From Klebsormidium nitens (Eukaryota; Plantae; Klebsormidiophyceae): 64,000 bases of DNA. A program made the position numbers and the translations under genes. The stretch spans positions 1 through 64,000 of the forward strand of contig DF237258.1 in NCBI GenBank assembly GCA_000708835.1. The letters are read 5' to 3'. Positions 12,439-25,685 of this stretch are shown in pieces; position 1 is the stretch's first letter, and each line of letters starts with the position of its first letter. The notes beneath the pieces were generated by a model that ran no database searches, was not told where the DNA came from, and saw nothing but the letters and a program-made list of their open reading frames with translations.

Positions 12439-14202
12439 ATGGCGACAGAGGAAGATTCGACAGAGGAGATCGTTGAAAGGTGCGCTCGTCTCCTGTTGTC
12501 TGACAGCTCTAAGGCGCTGATCGGCACCACAAACTTCTTTGAGAAGCTGTCCAATAATCGCAACCCGCGGAGTCCCTCGTCGGAAAACAGACTCTCCTGT
12601 CTGCTTCAGGAGCTCCTGGCGTTCAAGCGGGGCGCGGTTGTCGACCACCTTCTGCAACAGATTGAATTATCATCTCCAGATTTGGATGGCAGTAAAGACG
12701 TTGGACTTAGAAGGTTATACTTGTGCAAGATGATCGTGGCTCTCAGCGAGAATGAGGCCGTTGCAAAGTACTGCGTGAAAGAGAAGCAGAAAGCTCGCAA
12801 TATTGCTAGGGCGCTTCTGGACGCTCAAGCTCATCTCTTGCAAGTGATTCCGGGTCAACTGCGGGGAAAAGGTTGCCCACTCGATCAATCGCTGGGAGTC
12901 AATGAACAAGGCGGAGAAAAGTACGTGTACCTGAACCTAGCAGTGGAGAACATCAAGGGTTTTGCGAACTTCTGCTATGCTTCGAAGACCTTCCGCCTGG
13001 CACTGCAAGCATCCGATGACTTCTTCCCTGGTCTCGAAAGGCTCCTTGCTCGCAGTACAACAAAGCACGCGAGCGCGCAGCTTCTGGAAAAGACGGTGAA
13101 GAGCTTTCTGAGTCTGATGCAGGCCGTTTGCCGCTTTGAAGATAGCCAGGACTGGGCTGTCGACAAAAGGATAATCAGAATCCACGCAGAGCTCAATAGA
13201 CTTCTGATGATGGACGGGGTGACTGAAAGTTTTGTCGGGGACTTCCAAACAGTCGCGGAAGTCGTGGGCGGGTTGCAGTGTCCAACCAGCAGGGATATGC
13301 GCAAACGTCTTGCTGCATCTGGCGATGAGCTTCGGCAGTTCGACAGGCGGATAAGAGATACAAGGGATCCGCGAAGCGCAAAGAAGCTGCGCGAGCAGTG
13401 GCTGGAGACGGCCAAAGCAGACGTGCTGCCAGCCATGACGCCGCTGCTGGGAGCGAGCCTGGGGAGAATGCCCGGCTTACCGCCAGGTCTGGTCCAAGAT
13501 GCTGTCGAAGAGGCAGCGAAAGCCCTCAGATGCAAAAAGGGCGGCTCCGGGTCCGCGCCAATTGTGTGCTCCTGGGAGCGGTGCAACATTGGCTCGGTCG
13601 TCCAGGCAGGCAGGCCGTTCAGCAAGTGCGCCAACTGCTCGCTCGCTTTCTACTGCAGGTGAGACAAACGACCGGACTCGGTTGCTTCTAAACCCAGACC
13701 ACCCCCATGATAAGTGCCCGTTGCGCGTTTCCACACCTTTTGATGTCAGAAAGTACGAATCTTTTTCCTGCAAAGTCGTTGTAGCCTCTTCCTTTCTGTT
13801 CCATCTTTCCTTCGGCCCTGCATCTCAAACTCCCACGACTATTGTGTTTGCTTGTTTGTTTCTCAACCTTAGGTTGCTCTTCCAAATGCACCGCCGACGT
13901 ACGCTCGCTTGACTGTCAGAAGAGATCTATTCATCATACCTCATTATCTGATGCCTTTTCTTGCATTCCTTACCGAATCGTTTCCAGATTAACTGAATCT
14001 GCCCACTCCCGAAATGGTGCATTCGGTGGTCGAAATGCAGATTCTTCGTAGTTCGTGCCACTTGCGGCTTCAGCTAACGTGGGCCCTCCGTTTTGAGAGG
14101 CTTCTAGAATTGAATTCGTTGTTGTAATTTTCCAGCAAGGAGCACCAAAAGCTCCACTGGGGGATCCACAAGAAGCAGTGCAGGGCCCAAACGTCCGATT
14201 GA
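12439..14202 (+). CDS. MYND-type zinc finger protein (large first exon plus short last exon)
   Basis: 407-aa ORF ends CSWERC...KCANCSLAFYC at a GT donor (~13659). It splices at ttttccag (~14135) to SKEHQKLHWGIHKKQC, completing the MYND C/H pattern. TGA at 14200-14202. Confidence 0.82.
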
Positions 14203-14274
14203 ATGACGCTCACAAAGATTCTCCCGGTGAGGTCCGTCCACCAACTATAGTTCTAGCCATGGGATGATGTGTGA

Positions 14275-15230
14275 CGTCCTTGTTTTGTAAATCCTTACCA
14301 TTCGAGTTTGCCACCTTTAATGATCTCGGACGCCAGCGGGAAAAGCGATGGATACAACGAATCAAATTTTAGTCGTAGCTGAGTTGTCAACGCAGCAAAA
14401 AACATTTTCTAGCATGTTGAGAAGCTTCGTTAGGCTGTTCCGATTTATCGTCGGGCGGATTCGACTGAGGTCATGTGTGACAGAAACCGTTCCAGTCGCC
14501 CCACCAAATGGATGCTGAAATGACTGGAGGGGAAGGCATGGAACCTTTCTTTGTCCAATGTTTGATGTTGTGCCTGTTGAAGTCGTAGTGCCAGCGTGGA
14601 TTAGATCAAGCGGAGATGATTAGCATCCATCTGGACGGTATCCACTTGCTTTCAGCACTCGAAGTTGACAAGTGAAAGCTGCATCTCTTGACATTGACTG
14701 ATTGAAAGCTGCATCTATTGACCCTTGATCAAGACAAAATTCTCAAGGTTGAGGTTTCCATATGACCCAAGCTGGTGACCTCATGCTCGCGATGTGAATT
14801 GCTGCAGGCACGCGCGGGTAGCGGGCAGTATATCTCTTGCCGTTTTCAGGAAGTCGTGATGGAGGCGATTGCTTTAGATGAAGCGCCTTTAAACTGGCAA
14901 ATCCACAAGGGGCGCGAAAGCGAATAGAAATGCTTGTAAGAATCCAAATGACTCCCGCACTAGGCAGACGACGTTACAGAACTCAATCTACCTGAAATCT
15001 CTTCTCCGGCTGACACATTCAATCAATGTCAACCGGATCTTGCCGCTCGCATGGTCCGCTTTTAATCTTCGTCTTATTCCTAATATAGTGATGAGAATCT
15101 ACAAGACGAGCACTACAACGGACAGTCGTATGCAGCATTCATTCATATGATCAGGTGTTTCTTGGAAAGAGAATACGTTTAAACATGGTAAACACGCTAT
15201 CAGCTCGTACTGAGCGGCCTCTGGTAGCAT
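14275..15230 (-). pseudogene. Decayed gene relic, possibly F-box/LRR-like
   Basis: Minus-strand reading starts MLPEAAQYELIACLPCLNVF (weakly F-box-like). Protein-like stretches follow (e.g. LLNMLENVFAALTTQLRLKFDSLYPSLFPLASEIIKGGKLEW), broken by several stops. Identity is uncertain. Confidence 0.3.
14673..14722. repeat. 30-bp period imperfect tandem duplication
   Basis: TGAAAGCTGCATCTCTTGAC at 14673 and TGAAAGCTGCATCTATTGAC at 14703. The period is a multiple of 3. Confidence 0.85.
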
Positions 15231-16617
15231 AGCTGCTTTCTTTCAATTGTTTTTGAAGGCATTCCATGCGGAGAGCCTTTAAGCAGCCCTCAAAAAAAAC
15301 AGCTGCCCATGGCTGCTCTGTAGCACAGATGGACTAGGGCTGGCCACCTGCTCTACAAAATGTCTCGAGCATTGAATGAATGCATCTTCCAGCTGTGCAT
15401 GGGTGCTCGTGCAGGCAGTCAAAGGTTTTGGGAGCTCTTGGAATCATTCCGGCACGCGCACGCTGGTATGATCGCACAGAGTCAATGATACCAAGGATAG
15501 GGTTCCGACGTACCATATCTCTGTACTTGCGCTTGATAAATTCAGTACGCTGGAGTTGGTGTTGTATGCATCACATGGCTTTCATGCGGCATGCGCGGCC
15601 GCCGCGCTCAAGTGTGACAAGTGCGCTCATGCATGTGACTTGGCCTATGTAATCGAGTTAGAGGCCTTGCTCCACGGAGAAACATCTGGAAGCAGATAAG
15701 CGGTCAGCAAACGGCACTACTTCGAATGAAGTCCAGGGACCCGTGCCGATCAAAGTCGGTTGTCGACTTGATCAAGAGTCAGTTACGTTGTGGCCTCTCT
15801 TTTCTGCTTAGATCATGGAAGTAGGTAAAGGAGCTAGGACATTGCAGGGAGAAACATGAAAGGCTTGACAAACCGCAGAAACGTTGAGCCCATCGCCATG
15901 CGCTACTCAGTATGCATTTGTTTTCGACGATCACAGAACCGTATGAAATCGGATGAAGGCATATTACAAGCTTGCCGAGTTCACTCCTAAGCTGCGAGTT
16001 CACACCTTTCAACGAGCTCGCGCTAGCTTGTACGTTAGATCCACCTCATCCCGCCACCTTTCTCATGCTAGTTTTGTTAGAGTCAAATGCACGTATTTGC
16101 GTAGCACTGTGCGAATGGAAAAAATGATGCACCGTGAGAGACATGCGTCACGCAGGTAACTACAGAGAGACCGGAACAATACGAGGTTTCGTGAGCTTAG
16201 ATGGTTTGCAGTACTGAAGGCTGAATCATGCATATATCCAACGAATTTGGCACATGCTCTTGTAAGTCTGACTCGATCGTCACTGTTTCCATTTGCAATT
16301 GTACCTGATACTCAATAATGCATTTATTATGTCCTCATTTACTGTTGGACAGCGCAGTCAAAAGAATCTCCAAACGATTTGAATAAACTGCCGTCTGGTT
16401 TATTTGAATCAAGGTCCTACTCGATCTATCGCTTTTCAATTTTCTACCACTTATCCGCAGCTGCCACTCCTGTAACTCAGATTGACTCAATAAATCTTCA
16501 AAATTGGATCCAGCTTCAAGGTCGGATCTGCAGCAGTCAGCTTTGCCCTCTTGTCCTGGACCCCCGAGCTGCAGGTGCTGCGCGGCCTGACAGCAAGGCC
16601 TGCTCCAGTCTGCCCTC

Positions 16618-19600
16618 TCAGAGCACTTGATGAGCTTTGCCGAAATACCGGTTGATGAAGGGAGACTGCAACCGAGGACGATAAGAGAGCTTCTGACGAT
16701 CGAAAGAGGGCACAACTTCCAATCAATCAAGCATCTGCTGAGTCGTGCAAGTAGCCGGATGCCCAACTTCTCTGAAGACCAAACTACGGTGATCATTTCA
16801 GAAGGGCTTTTGCCTCATTCATAACTGCGGCTTCTCATTGACGCGATCGACACCAAGACCACGATGTCTTGCAACTCCAACATACAATTCAATTTTCAAG
16901 TCGAGACTCTTTTTCGAGGTGTTCGAGCACCTCATCTTGTCCTCACTGCCGCAATCGATGGCGCCCAAGCACTTAGCAACGAGGGCAAGCACCAAAAACG
17001 TAGCATAACTCTCTCCCTGAAATCCGAACGGGCTGCTAATGGAAGCTACTGCAATCAGATCGGCAAACCGGACTTTGTCGAGAATGTAGAAACTCAGACG
17101 GACGATCGGCAAACCCAGTTCTCGAACTGCACTTCAGACCCATCCCTCGGAATGAAGTATCTCGCCTGGTGGGACAGTTTCCTTTGAACCCCTTGAGGGG
17201 TTGCCCTGCCAGCCGCCTTCCAGAACGAGCAGTGCCCCATTTGCGGCATATGCCCCGCCGGTGGCTCACCTTGTATTGTTCAATGTCGGGCGTGTCGTCG
17301 GAGGGCGTGGGGTAGAACTTGAAGAACCGCATGTTCTCCATGGCCGCCCGCGTCTCCGCCGGCATCTCCGCAATCACGCGCTGCCGCTCCGCCTTGGCCT
17401 GCACAACGCGCCCGTTAATATATCCGATCAGTGGCAGTGCCGCAAGCAGACGAACGGATTGGCAGTGAAGTGTTCGTTTATTACGAGAACGTAAGCAGCG
17501 CTGCGCAAAGTGGCCTGCTGACGCATTTCAAAAGGCACGCCATGTGCTACTTCATGTGTGTCACCGGGGACCTTGGGCACGGAGGCTTAGGGGAAACGGG
17601 TAATCTCACCTCCCGGACTTTCCGCTTGGCCTCGTTCACCTCCCCCACGAGATACGTCTGCAAACGATTGCTCGATGAGTGTGAGATACAGGCCGTTTGA
17701 GGGTGGAAGACTTTAATTGCAACGATGTCAGGCGTCGATGAATGGAGCCAGTGCAAATAAGGGACAGACGAGGAAACGCGTTTGGCAGTGTACGCAACAG
17801 TCCAAGCATGCAGTGACCGGTTGGTGCCGGGAGGGGGCAAGTGACGCACCCGGAACCCCTGACGCTCGTCCTTGGGCAGAGCCTCCTCTTTGATAAGGTC
17901 GTCCACGAACTCCTGCAGGAGTCAGGCAACACTCATAGGGTTGTTACACTTGACATTCTGCGCTCGAAAAGCAGCGCGAGACCCATCAGCCGGACTTCCG
18001 GCTGACCTCAGGCTGTAACGAATCTCGTTCGGACTGCACGGAACCTGATGCTCCTCGACTCGGGTACTTTGCAACCGGACCCGACTTTTGCGTGAGACCC
18101 TGATCGATATCGGCACTTTCGGCAGCCGCTGAATTTGAGTAACCAATAGCGCATTTGCCCGAGCCTGATCTCGGGCTCGGGTTGTCTCGGTTGACCCGTT
18201 CACGCTCAAGTGTAACAACACTGATCAGCGCAACCTCAGGGGCAAATCCAAATAGAACTTCGAGTATGCTAAGACACCTGCAGAAGCGCTAGAAACGCGA
18301 GCACGGCAACCTTCAACGACAAAAACCCAGTGCAGCAGGAACGGGGTTGCAGGGTGTTCGGCATAGAGCGTTACGTTGGCGTTACTCACATCGGCCTCGT
18401 CCATTGTCCAGTCGAATTCGCACACCACCTGCAAATCATAATCAGACCGCATTAGGTCACCACAGAACATCGGACCAATATGAGGATGCATGAACGAAGG
18501 TTGCCACAGTGCGCACACCTTTTGATTGTGTACGAAGCTAGGCAGGCTACTCACAGGTGGTGTGGTCTTCTCGTCGCCGTACGTGTACATGAGGTTGACC
18601 GTGGTGTCGTCCTCAGTCGCCTCTTCCTTCCAGGGCATCGAGATGTCTGGAGAACAAGGGGAGGACGGTCTAAAACACCATCTCTCCGAATCAAGGAAGG
18701 AGTTACAGAAATGATGTTCACCCTCGTTTCTATGTTGACCAGTAATTAATCGAAGCCGAAAAGCGCTGCACGCTCCAGGATTCAATCTGTTCTGATCACA
18801 GGAAAGAAGGAGCTGCCTTGAATCAGAAAGAAGAATACTGGAAGAGAGAGAGTGAAACGGAGATTTTGACCAGCGACATACGGTCTTCAGCTTGAGGAGA
18901 AATGCGCCGATCAAGAGAGTCGGTGCAGACCCCAAGATGGGGGGATGGATCTGGAACGAGGAGAGAACTTACACGGGAGGCAGTACTCGTACTTTTTAAT
19001 GCGCTCCGTCTTAAGCTGCTTCAGTGCCGCCCTGCAAAGGGGGGCCAGCAGGTTGTGAGACAAAAATGCGACAGCGCTGCTACATCCTAGGAGGTGGCAC
19101 TAGGCATCAACAACGATACCATGTGAGAAGCAGATACAACCAGGACGGGCCAACTTGTTTGCCGACTTTCGTGAGCGGGCGTCCATCACAGGCGTAGTGA
19201 ACCTCACCTCCTTTGGACACACTTGAGCACATAGACTTGAGAGTGCAGCCGCTCCAGAGTACGGTACCTGCAGCAAGAGAATGACAAGCAGGTCGCAAAC
19301 TCGTCCTGAAGATAGACCCGGGGGCAGGCTCCAGTCACCAGCATGCAGAAGTAGGCATCTTAGGACTTGCTTACGACAGGGGCGAAAAGTGAGCACAATC
19401 TCAGCGGCCTCTCCAGAAAGAAACGTTGTTGTCAGTGCATCAGGAGCAGTGAAAGCAAAGACAAGCATACAAGGCCAGAGGGCTGGAGATGACTAGTCTC
19501 TTACTCGTCTTCGTCGGGGATAAAGGGCACCCAGTCCATCTTCATCTCCTGCAGCGCACAAAGGACAGGCTGAGCCGGCCAGTGCCAGACACAACAAGAA

Positions 19601-20495
19601 CGTCGCCTACAGCATTTATCATTACAAGCGTCCACAAGAGGTGGATCCCTTCGATTGTGATGCAGGGCCAATGAAAGGATCCTTGGGGGCTCAAAAAGGG
19701 CAGGCGCGCACCTTAAGGTTCACAATGTTCTCCTGCTCCATCTGGACCGATTTAATGCCCAATTTGGTGGTGGGGGGGAATGGCGCCGTCACCTGCACAG
19801 CAAACAGTGGTCTTCATGTTCGCCACTAACCTCACTCACTTTCACCGTGGTTAAGAAAGAACAAGCACGCCTCACAACTTGGGCAATACGACTACCCAAA
19901 GCCAGCGGACCATCAAATGCAAATGGCCCTCAGATTCAACAGTGCCAGAGGTGGTACATGTCCCAGACAGTCGCGCTGACTCCCGGGGATCAATCACAAA
20001 TTTCTGGTCACTGCCGCTTCGATGCTGAGGTGCCTCACCGCGACCACCGCCGGAATCTGCACGACGCGGTGCATCCCCTTCCACTCCACGAGCTGCGGCT
20101 CCGTTGCTCCAAACACCCACACCTTCTGCCCATGCAGGACGCCACCTTCCTCAAATGCTGCCTCAAGGGTGTCGAATTGCCAGTCCAGTGCAAACACGCC
20201 GTCATACTGATCCCACTCCGTGCCCACCATGTACGCCTCACGCGCCAGGCGCTCCATCGCGCACCCTCGGCGGCGTGTGTCTTCTTAAAAACAACTTATT
20301 TCAAATTTGCACCATCCCTAGAACAATTTTTGTTCGAGAAAGGCGTGAGATAATTGTCTGCCCTCTCAAGCCAAGATTGACAATGAAGTGTCCAGCTCCT
20401 TCTTGCAAACTGCAGCAGGCTCCTGCAGGTTTCGGTTTGTGCATGGGTGGTGAGTGACGAGAGGCACACCGAATCGAATCGGTGGCGGTTGCCAT
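16618..20495 (-). CDS. HIT4: HEAT INTOLERANT 4 (HIT4)-like protein (multi-exon; start codon uncertain)
   Basis: Exons match plant HIT4 motifs: VGTEWDQYD...FDTLEAAFEEGGVLHGQKVWVFGATEPQLV, EMKMDWVPFIP, RIKKYEYCLP, VVCEFDW, EFVDDLIKEEALP, MRFFKFYPTPSDDTPD and terminal SPFINRYFGKAHQVL* (TGA 16618-16620). Confidence 0.88.
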
Positions 20496-21013
20496 ATTGC
20501 GGGCCGGACGTTAGCGGGCCCAGTGAATGCTCCATACGGTTTGTGACCGGTAACAATCTACCGGGGCAGGTGGAAGCAGACGTACTCATCTGAGCACAAA
20601 CAGAAAGTACCGTGCTGGCAAAGTCCATTTGCCCGGCTACTCTAATATTAAGGCGTGGCGCCGTTGGTTTATGTTAACCGGATGGCTACCAACTTACGGT
20701 GCGATTTTTTGAGGTTTTCAGCTTGGAAATATATGAAGCTGAGACTCAGAGAGCCTGAGACCAGAAAAGATCCAGAAGAGGACGAGTCAGAGGAGGCAGG
20801 AAGATTGCTTGGTCACAGCACGTCTGGCTCGTTGTGTGTAGCACTCGCCAATGTTTCAGGACGTGAGGCTCTCCTGATTCATCAGATGACGGGGCGCCTG
20901 CTATTCTATCCCCAGCCCGTTGTCTCATAAGCGGATTGTTGAGTCTGCTCGTCGATTCGAGATCTGCGATACAGGCGCATGTTTTAAAGAGTGGTCGTCA
21001 AGAGAAGTCCACC

Positions 21014-24000
21014 ATGATGACTGTAGCGCTGGTGGAGTTGTCCAGCGCCAGTCTGTTTGGCGCTGCCCATCATGTGGACCTCCGAGCTAGCAGTCAGGAC
21101 TATACCACACCGTCAGGGCGTCCAGCTCTCCCTTACCTTGCCCCAAAATCCTCTCTCCTTACAGCCTCATCTTTTCAATCTGGCAGAAGATTACCCCCAG
21201 CGCAAAGTTTGAGACCAGTACATTTCTCAAGAAAGCGACGGCGATGGCAAGCTCCACGGAATGAACTGCTAGCAGAACGACCACTGAGTCAGAGCACAAA
21301 GAGTGCTGGCGGCTTAGCGGTGGCAGAGGCGCACCCCGTCGACTCCGCAAAGCAGTTGCTGACGGTTGTCATGAAGTTTGGGGGCTCATCAGTAGCAACG
21401 GCGGAGAGGATGAGGGAGGTGGCGAAGCTAGTCCTCTCGTTTCCTCAGGAGAACCCGATCATCGTGATGTCAGCCATGGGCAAAACAACGAACCTGCTTC
21501 TGGCGGTGAGTTCAAGTGTATAGACTTGGTTGCTGTGCACTGCAGGCCTCAAATTTGCCTCATTGTTAACGGTCTGGTAAACAACTTTCTAGGTCGATTG
21601 GATGATGGCGTTTCTGGCTCCCACTCTCTCACACGCTGGCGCTATCAATAAGGGAACTGTTTGAGGAGCACGTTCGATGGTCACAACGAAGGTGGTGGTT
21701 GCATCTCGAGGCGCAGATCTTCTGGCAAAAGATCGTTGGTAGGCTGAAGACAATTATGATCTGAAGCGGTGAGTCATTGGTGCAGGGTGGGGAGACTGCA
21801 ACAACCTGCGGGGTTAAGAGAGCTCCCGAGATTGAAGAACTTCGGCGAATAGCGGACCTGCACAACAGGTCTGAACATCAACTGAAGGCCTTTCCTCAAT
21901 TTCTACACCTTTTCCTACTTTGATTGGTGTGCTTCGGGGCTTGGTTTAACGGCTTACATTTAACGGATCTGCGAGAATTTCAAATGCGATTGCGTTTACA
22001 TAACAGCATTATGGCCCCTAAGTACCGCTGTACAGCATACAGACTCTGCACTCCGCACTCCGCACATAGTTCTACTGTTTGATGATCTGTCGCTATTTCT
22101 ACTACTTGAAATTGAGATGCTCAGCCTCGAAGGAATATGTGTGGGCTTTTGTGTCCTTTAGGCCCTATCTCCGCTATGGCTTGTTGATGTGCGCCCATTT
22201 TATCTAATATAGGTGGCTATCGATCTTCTGACTTCTCTGACTAAATGGTACGATCGCTGCCCCCGTTTTGGCTGGTCCAACGAGATGGTATGTCACAGGG
22301 TAATGCGCGCATACATTTCATCTACCGCTCTCATCCCCAGCGCTTTGTTTGCAGGACATGCGATGAGCTGGGCATTCCTAGGGAAACTGTTGCGGGTAAG
22401 CAAGTCTGTGGCTCTTTCCTGTAGCTCTGATTCATTTGAAATCTGAGCCCTCCATGTAGCATCCGGCATGTGAGCTGAAGCCAGCGGCTCATCCTGCGTT
22501 GCGACATAGACCAGTAATGCTTCTGAAGAATGATTCGTTTGATCCTGTTTTCGCAGAACTGTTGGAGGAGCTGTCTCAGCTGCTCACGGGGATCTCGCTG
22601 ATGAAAGAGTTGACGCTGCGGACCAAGGACTACCTCGTCTCGTTTGGGGAGCGCATGTCCACCCGCATCTTTGCGGCATACCTCAATAGGATAGGCACGC
22701 TAGCACGACAGGTCAGTCACTGGCCCACCTCCAAACAAAACATGCCGTACCCACTGCCTCCATAACCTGAAGGAGACAGATTGATCCACTGCGATCCCAA
22801 AACTTGGGACCGCAGATCCTGGCAGATAGTCAGTTTTGTCCATAGTTTGTCAGAAGCCCCTTGTGACTATCCTCTCTTCGTCTGTCACCCTGAAGTTCGT
22901 CGATGCTTCTCGTGCAGTACGATGCTTTTGACCTGGGCTTTGTCACCACGGACGACTTCACGAATGGGGAGATCTTGGACGCCACATATCCCGCCGTACG
23001 GAAGAAGCTCGAGGACGACTTCCGGGAACGCCCTGCCATGCCGATCGTCACCGGTTTCCTCGCTAGGGTGAGCGCCCCACCTTTCATAGTTGGACCTGGG
23101 AGACCAGCCGCTGTTTCTCCGTACTTTGTAAGTATTCCAAGGCCCGAGTCCTGAAGTGGGTTTTGCGGTTTTCGAGATTCCTAAGGGCTCGCAGCCCAGA
23201 TGTTGAAAGTCCCTCAACGAATCTTCTGATTGAAGCTCGGGTCCCGACACACACCAGGCAGAACCTTTGAAGGGGACGTCCGATGTTATGTTCATCTTCT
23301 TCCTTCAGGGCGAGAAGACGGGTGCCACGACGACGCTGGGCCGCGGCGGCAGCGACCTGACGGCGACCGTGATCGGCAAGGCGCTGCGGCTGCGCGAGGT
23401 GCAGGTGTGGAAGGACGTGGACGGCGTGCTCACCACGGACCCGCGCCTGGTGGAGCGGGCTATCCCCGTGCCCTTCCTCACCTACGAGGAGGCCACCGAG
23501 CTGGCATATTTTGGGGCGCAGGTCAGCCCGCAGATTCGGCGGTTTGGGCCGGTCAAGTCTGAGGCAGAATGACTAGACGGCGACCAGTGTGAGCAGGCAC
23601 TCGAAGGCAGTGTGGAGGTCGAGAAAGTGAAGAGGATGCAATTCCCACTCCAATGTCTCTAATTAAGAGGCATGGGAATGCGTTTCTGGGTCTGCCAGCC
23701 GCAGTGCTTGCTTGGGTGGTTTGCTTCTCAAGATTGTCGACATCGGGGTCCGGCAACTTGCAGAATGATTCATCCGTTATGTTTGCCAGTCCTTCGCCAA
23801 CTGCTTGTCATCATTATGGGGATTCTGAATCTTTTCGGCGGTCCAGAACCAGCGCGTCAGCCCTGGCTGCCACGGAGACGGAGGCCCCCTGATTTCTGTT
23901 GATGACTTTCTTCTGCTGCAGAAGTATTCTCGCCGCATCTCCCTTCTCATAAAGTTAGAAAATTGTGGCAGGGCCGTAGTCAGCCAGCAATGCAATTCAA

Positions 24001-25685
24001 CATGTAATCTGAAGGTCCGCTCGCGTGTAGCAGGCCATCTAGCGACCGTTCCTGGCGACCCTCTGCCTCTTTCCTGGCCGTGACCGGTCGCCCTCCGACC
24101 TCTTTTCCCCAGGTGCTGCACCCGCAGTCGATGCGGCCAACGCGCGACGCGGACATTCCGGTGCGCGTCAAGAACTCGTACAACCCGACCGCGCCGGGCA
24201 CGCTGATCACGGCTCAGCGCGACATGAGCAAAGCCCTGCTGACGAGCATCGTGTGCAAGCGCAACGTGACGATGCTGGACATCGTGAGCACGCGCATGCT
24301 CGGCCAGTACGGCTTCCTCGCGAAGCTGTTCCAGATCTTCGAGGAGCTGCAGATCAGCGTCGACGTCGTGGCCACCTCCGAGGTCTCGGTGTCCATCACG
24401 CTCGACCCCGCGAAAATGTGGTCCCGCGAGCTCATCAAGCAGGCAAGCGCCCGCCGCGTCTCTGCATCGTTTCCCCTCATTCTTCTCCTTTGCCTCCTTT
24501 GGTTGGCTGATGGTCTTGGCGGGCTCGTTCAAAGCTGCCGAGGTCAACCGCTGGAGGGCGTTCGTGTGGTGCGAACAAACGCACTGAGAGGCGGTCTGAC
24601 TGTGCCACGAGTCGTCGGCACCCGTTAACCTGCAGCTCGATGTACTTTGCAAGGGCCAGCTCAGAGTCTCTCGCAGGCAACTCAAAGCTATCTCGCGTGT
24701 AGTTGATTGGTTATTGAAGCTTCGAGAGGAGGTATAGGATCTGTACTCCCAACTTTCAGCGCCTGTCCCGCTCACCAGAGTGCTGAGACTTGCAAACGAG
24801 CAAGAATCGCCACATTTTGCTGCCAGTAGTTGTCTGGCTCGATTATGACGAATTGCTGCCGCTCACCTTCAGGAGGTGGACCGCATGACGGAGAGTCTGC
24901 GCAGCGTGGCGCACGTCAAGGTCCTGCCGCGGCGCGCCATTCTGAGCCTCATCGGCAACGTCCAGCGCTCCAGCCTTATCCTCGAAAAGGTGACTCGCCC
25001 ACATCCTGATATGTCTGCCGAGCTTTCACAGTCCAATACTCTGCTCCGTGCAACTGACGACGAAAAGCGTTCTGGATTCTCTGTGGGAAACCCCTGTGAA
25101 AACATTCTCGTATGTATTTACGTTGGGTTTTAGGAACGCAGTGGAGCCATTGGTCGTGCAGCGGTCTGATCCTTTGTGCGCTTGCAGGTCTTCCGCGTGT
25201 TCCGGACTACGTGTACCAATGTCCAAATGATTTCACAAGGAGCATCCAAGGTGAGCTAGGATCGACCCTCCGCTCTGTCAACACCTCTCTCTCGTTGGCC
25301 ACCCTACAGCTGCTTTCTGCAATATCTCTGCTTGAGAACTTACCCAAGTGATGCTGTCCTGGCTGTACACAGTATCAAAAGTTGTTGCTATCAAAGTCAC
25401 AAGCCACTGTAAGAGAGGTGAATCCGTGTTCGGTATAAGACGTTACTAAGGAAGCGGTCCAGGTAAATTATTCAGGATGCGACGGAGTCGTATCAATCTT
25501 GGATGCCAGCCCGTTTTGAACCTTTTTCCGTATATTTTACCCGGCTCGCTCGTCTTGTTTAGGTGAACATCTCTTTGGTGGTCGACGATGAGGAAGCTCA
25601 TACGTGCGTCAGAGCCTTGCATCAAGAGTTCTTCGAACAGGATTACGACGTACTTGTCGAAGGAGACACTCATTGTGAACACTGA
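21014..25685 (+). CDS. AK: Monofunctional (lysine-sensitive type) aspartate kinase with probable plastid transit peptide (multi-exon)
   Basis: VMKFGGSSV, DYLVSFGERMSTRIF, TTTLGRGGSDLTA, VWKDVDGVLTTDP, LHPQSMRP, two ACT domains (STRMLGQYGFLAK...VDVVATSEVSVS; LSLIGNVQRSS...MISQGASKVNISLVV). Ser/Arg-rich N-terminal extension. TGA at 25683-25685. Confidence 0.95.
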
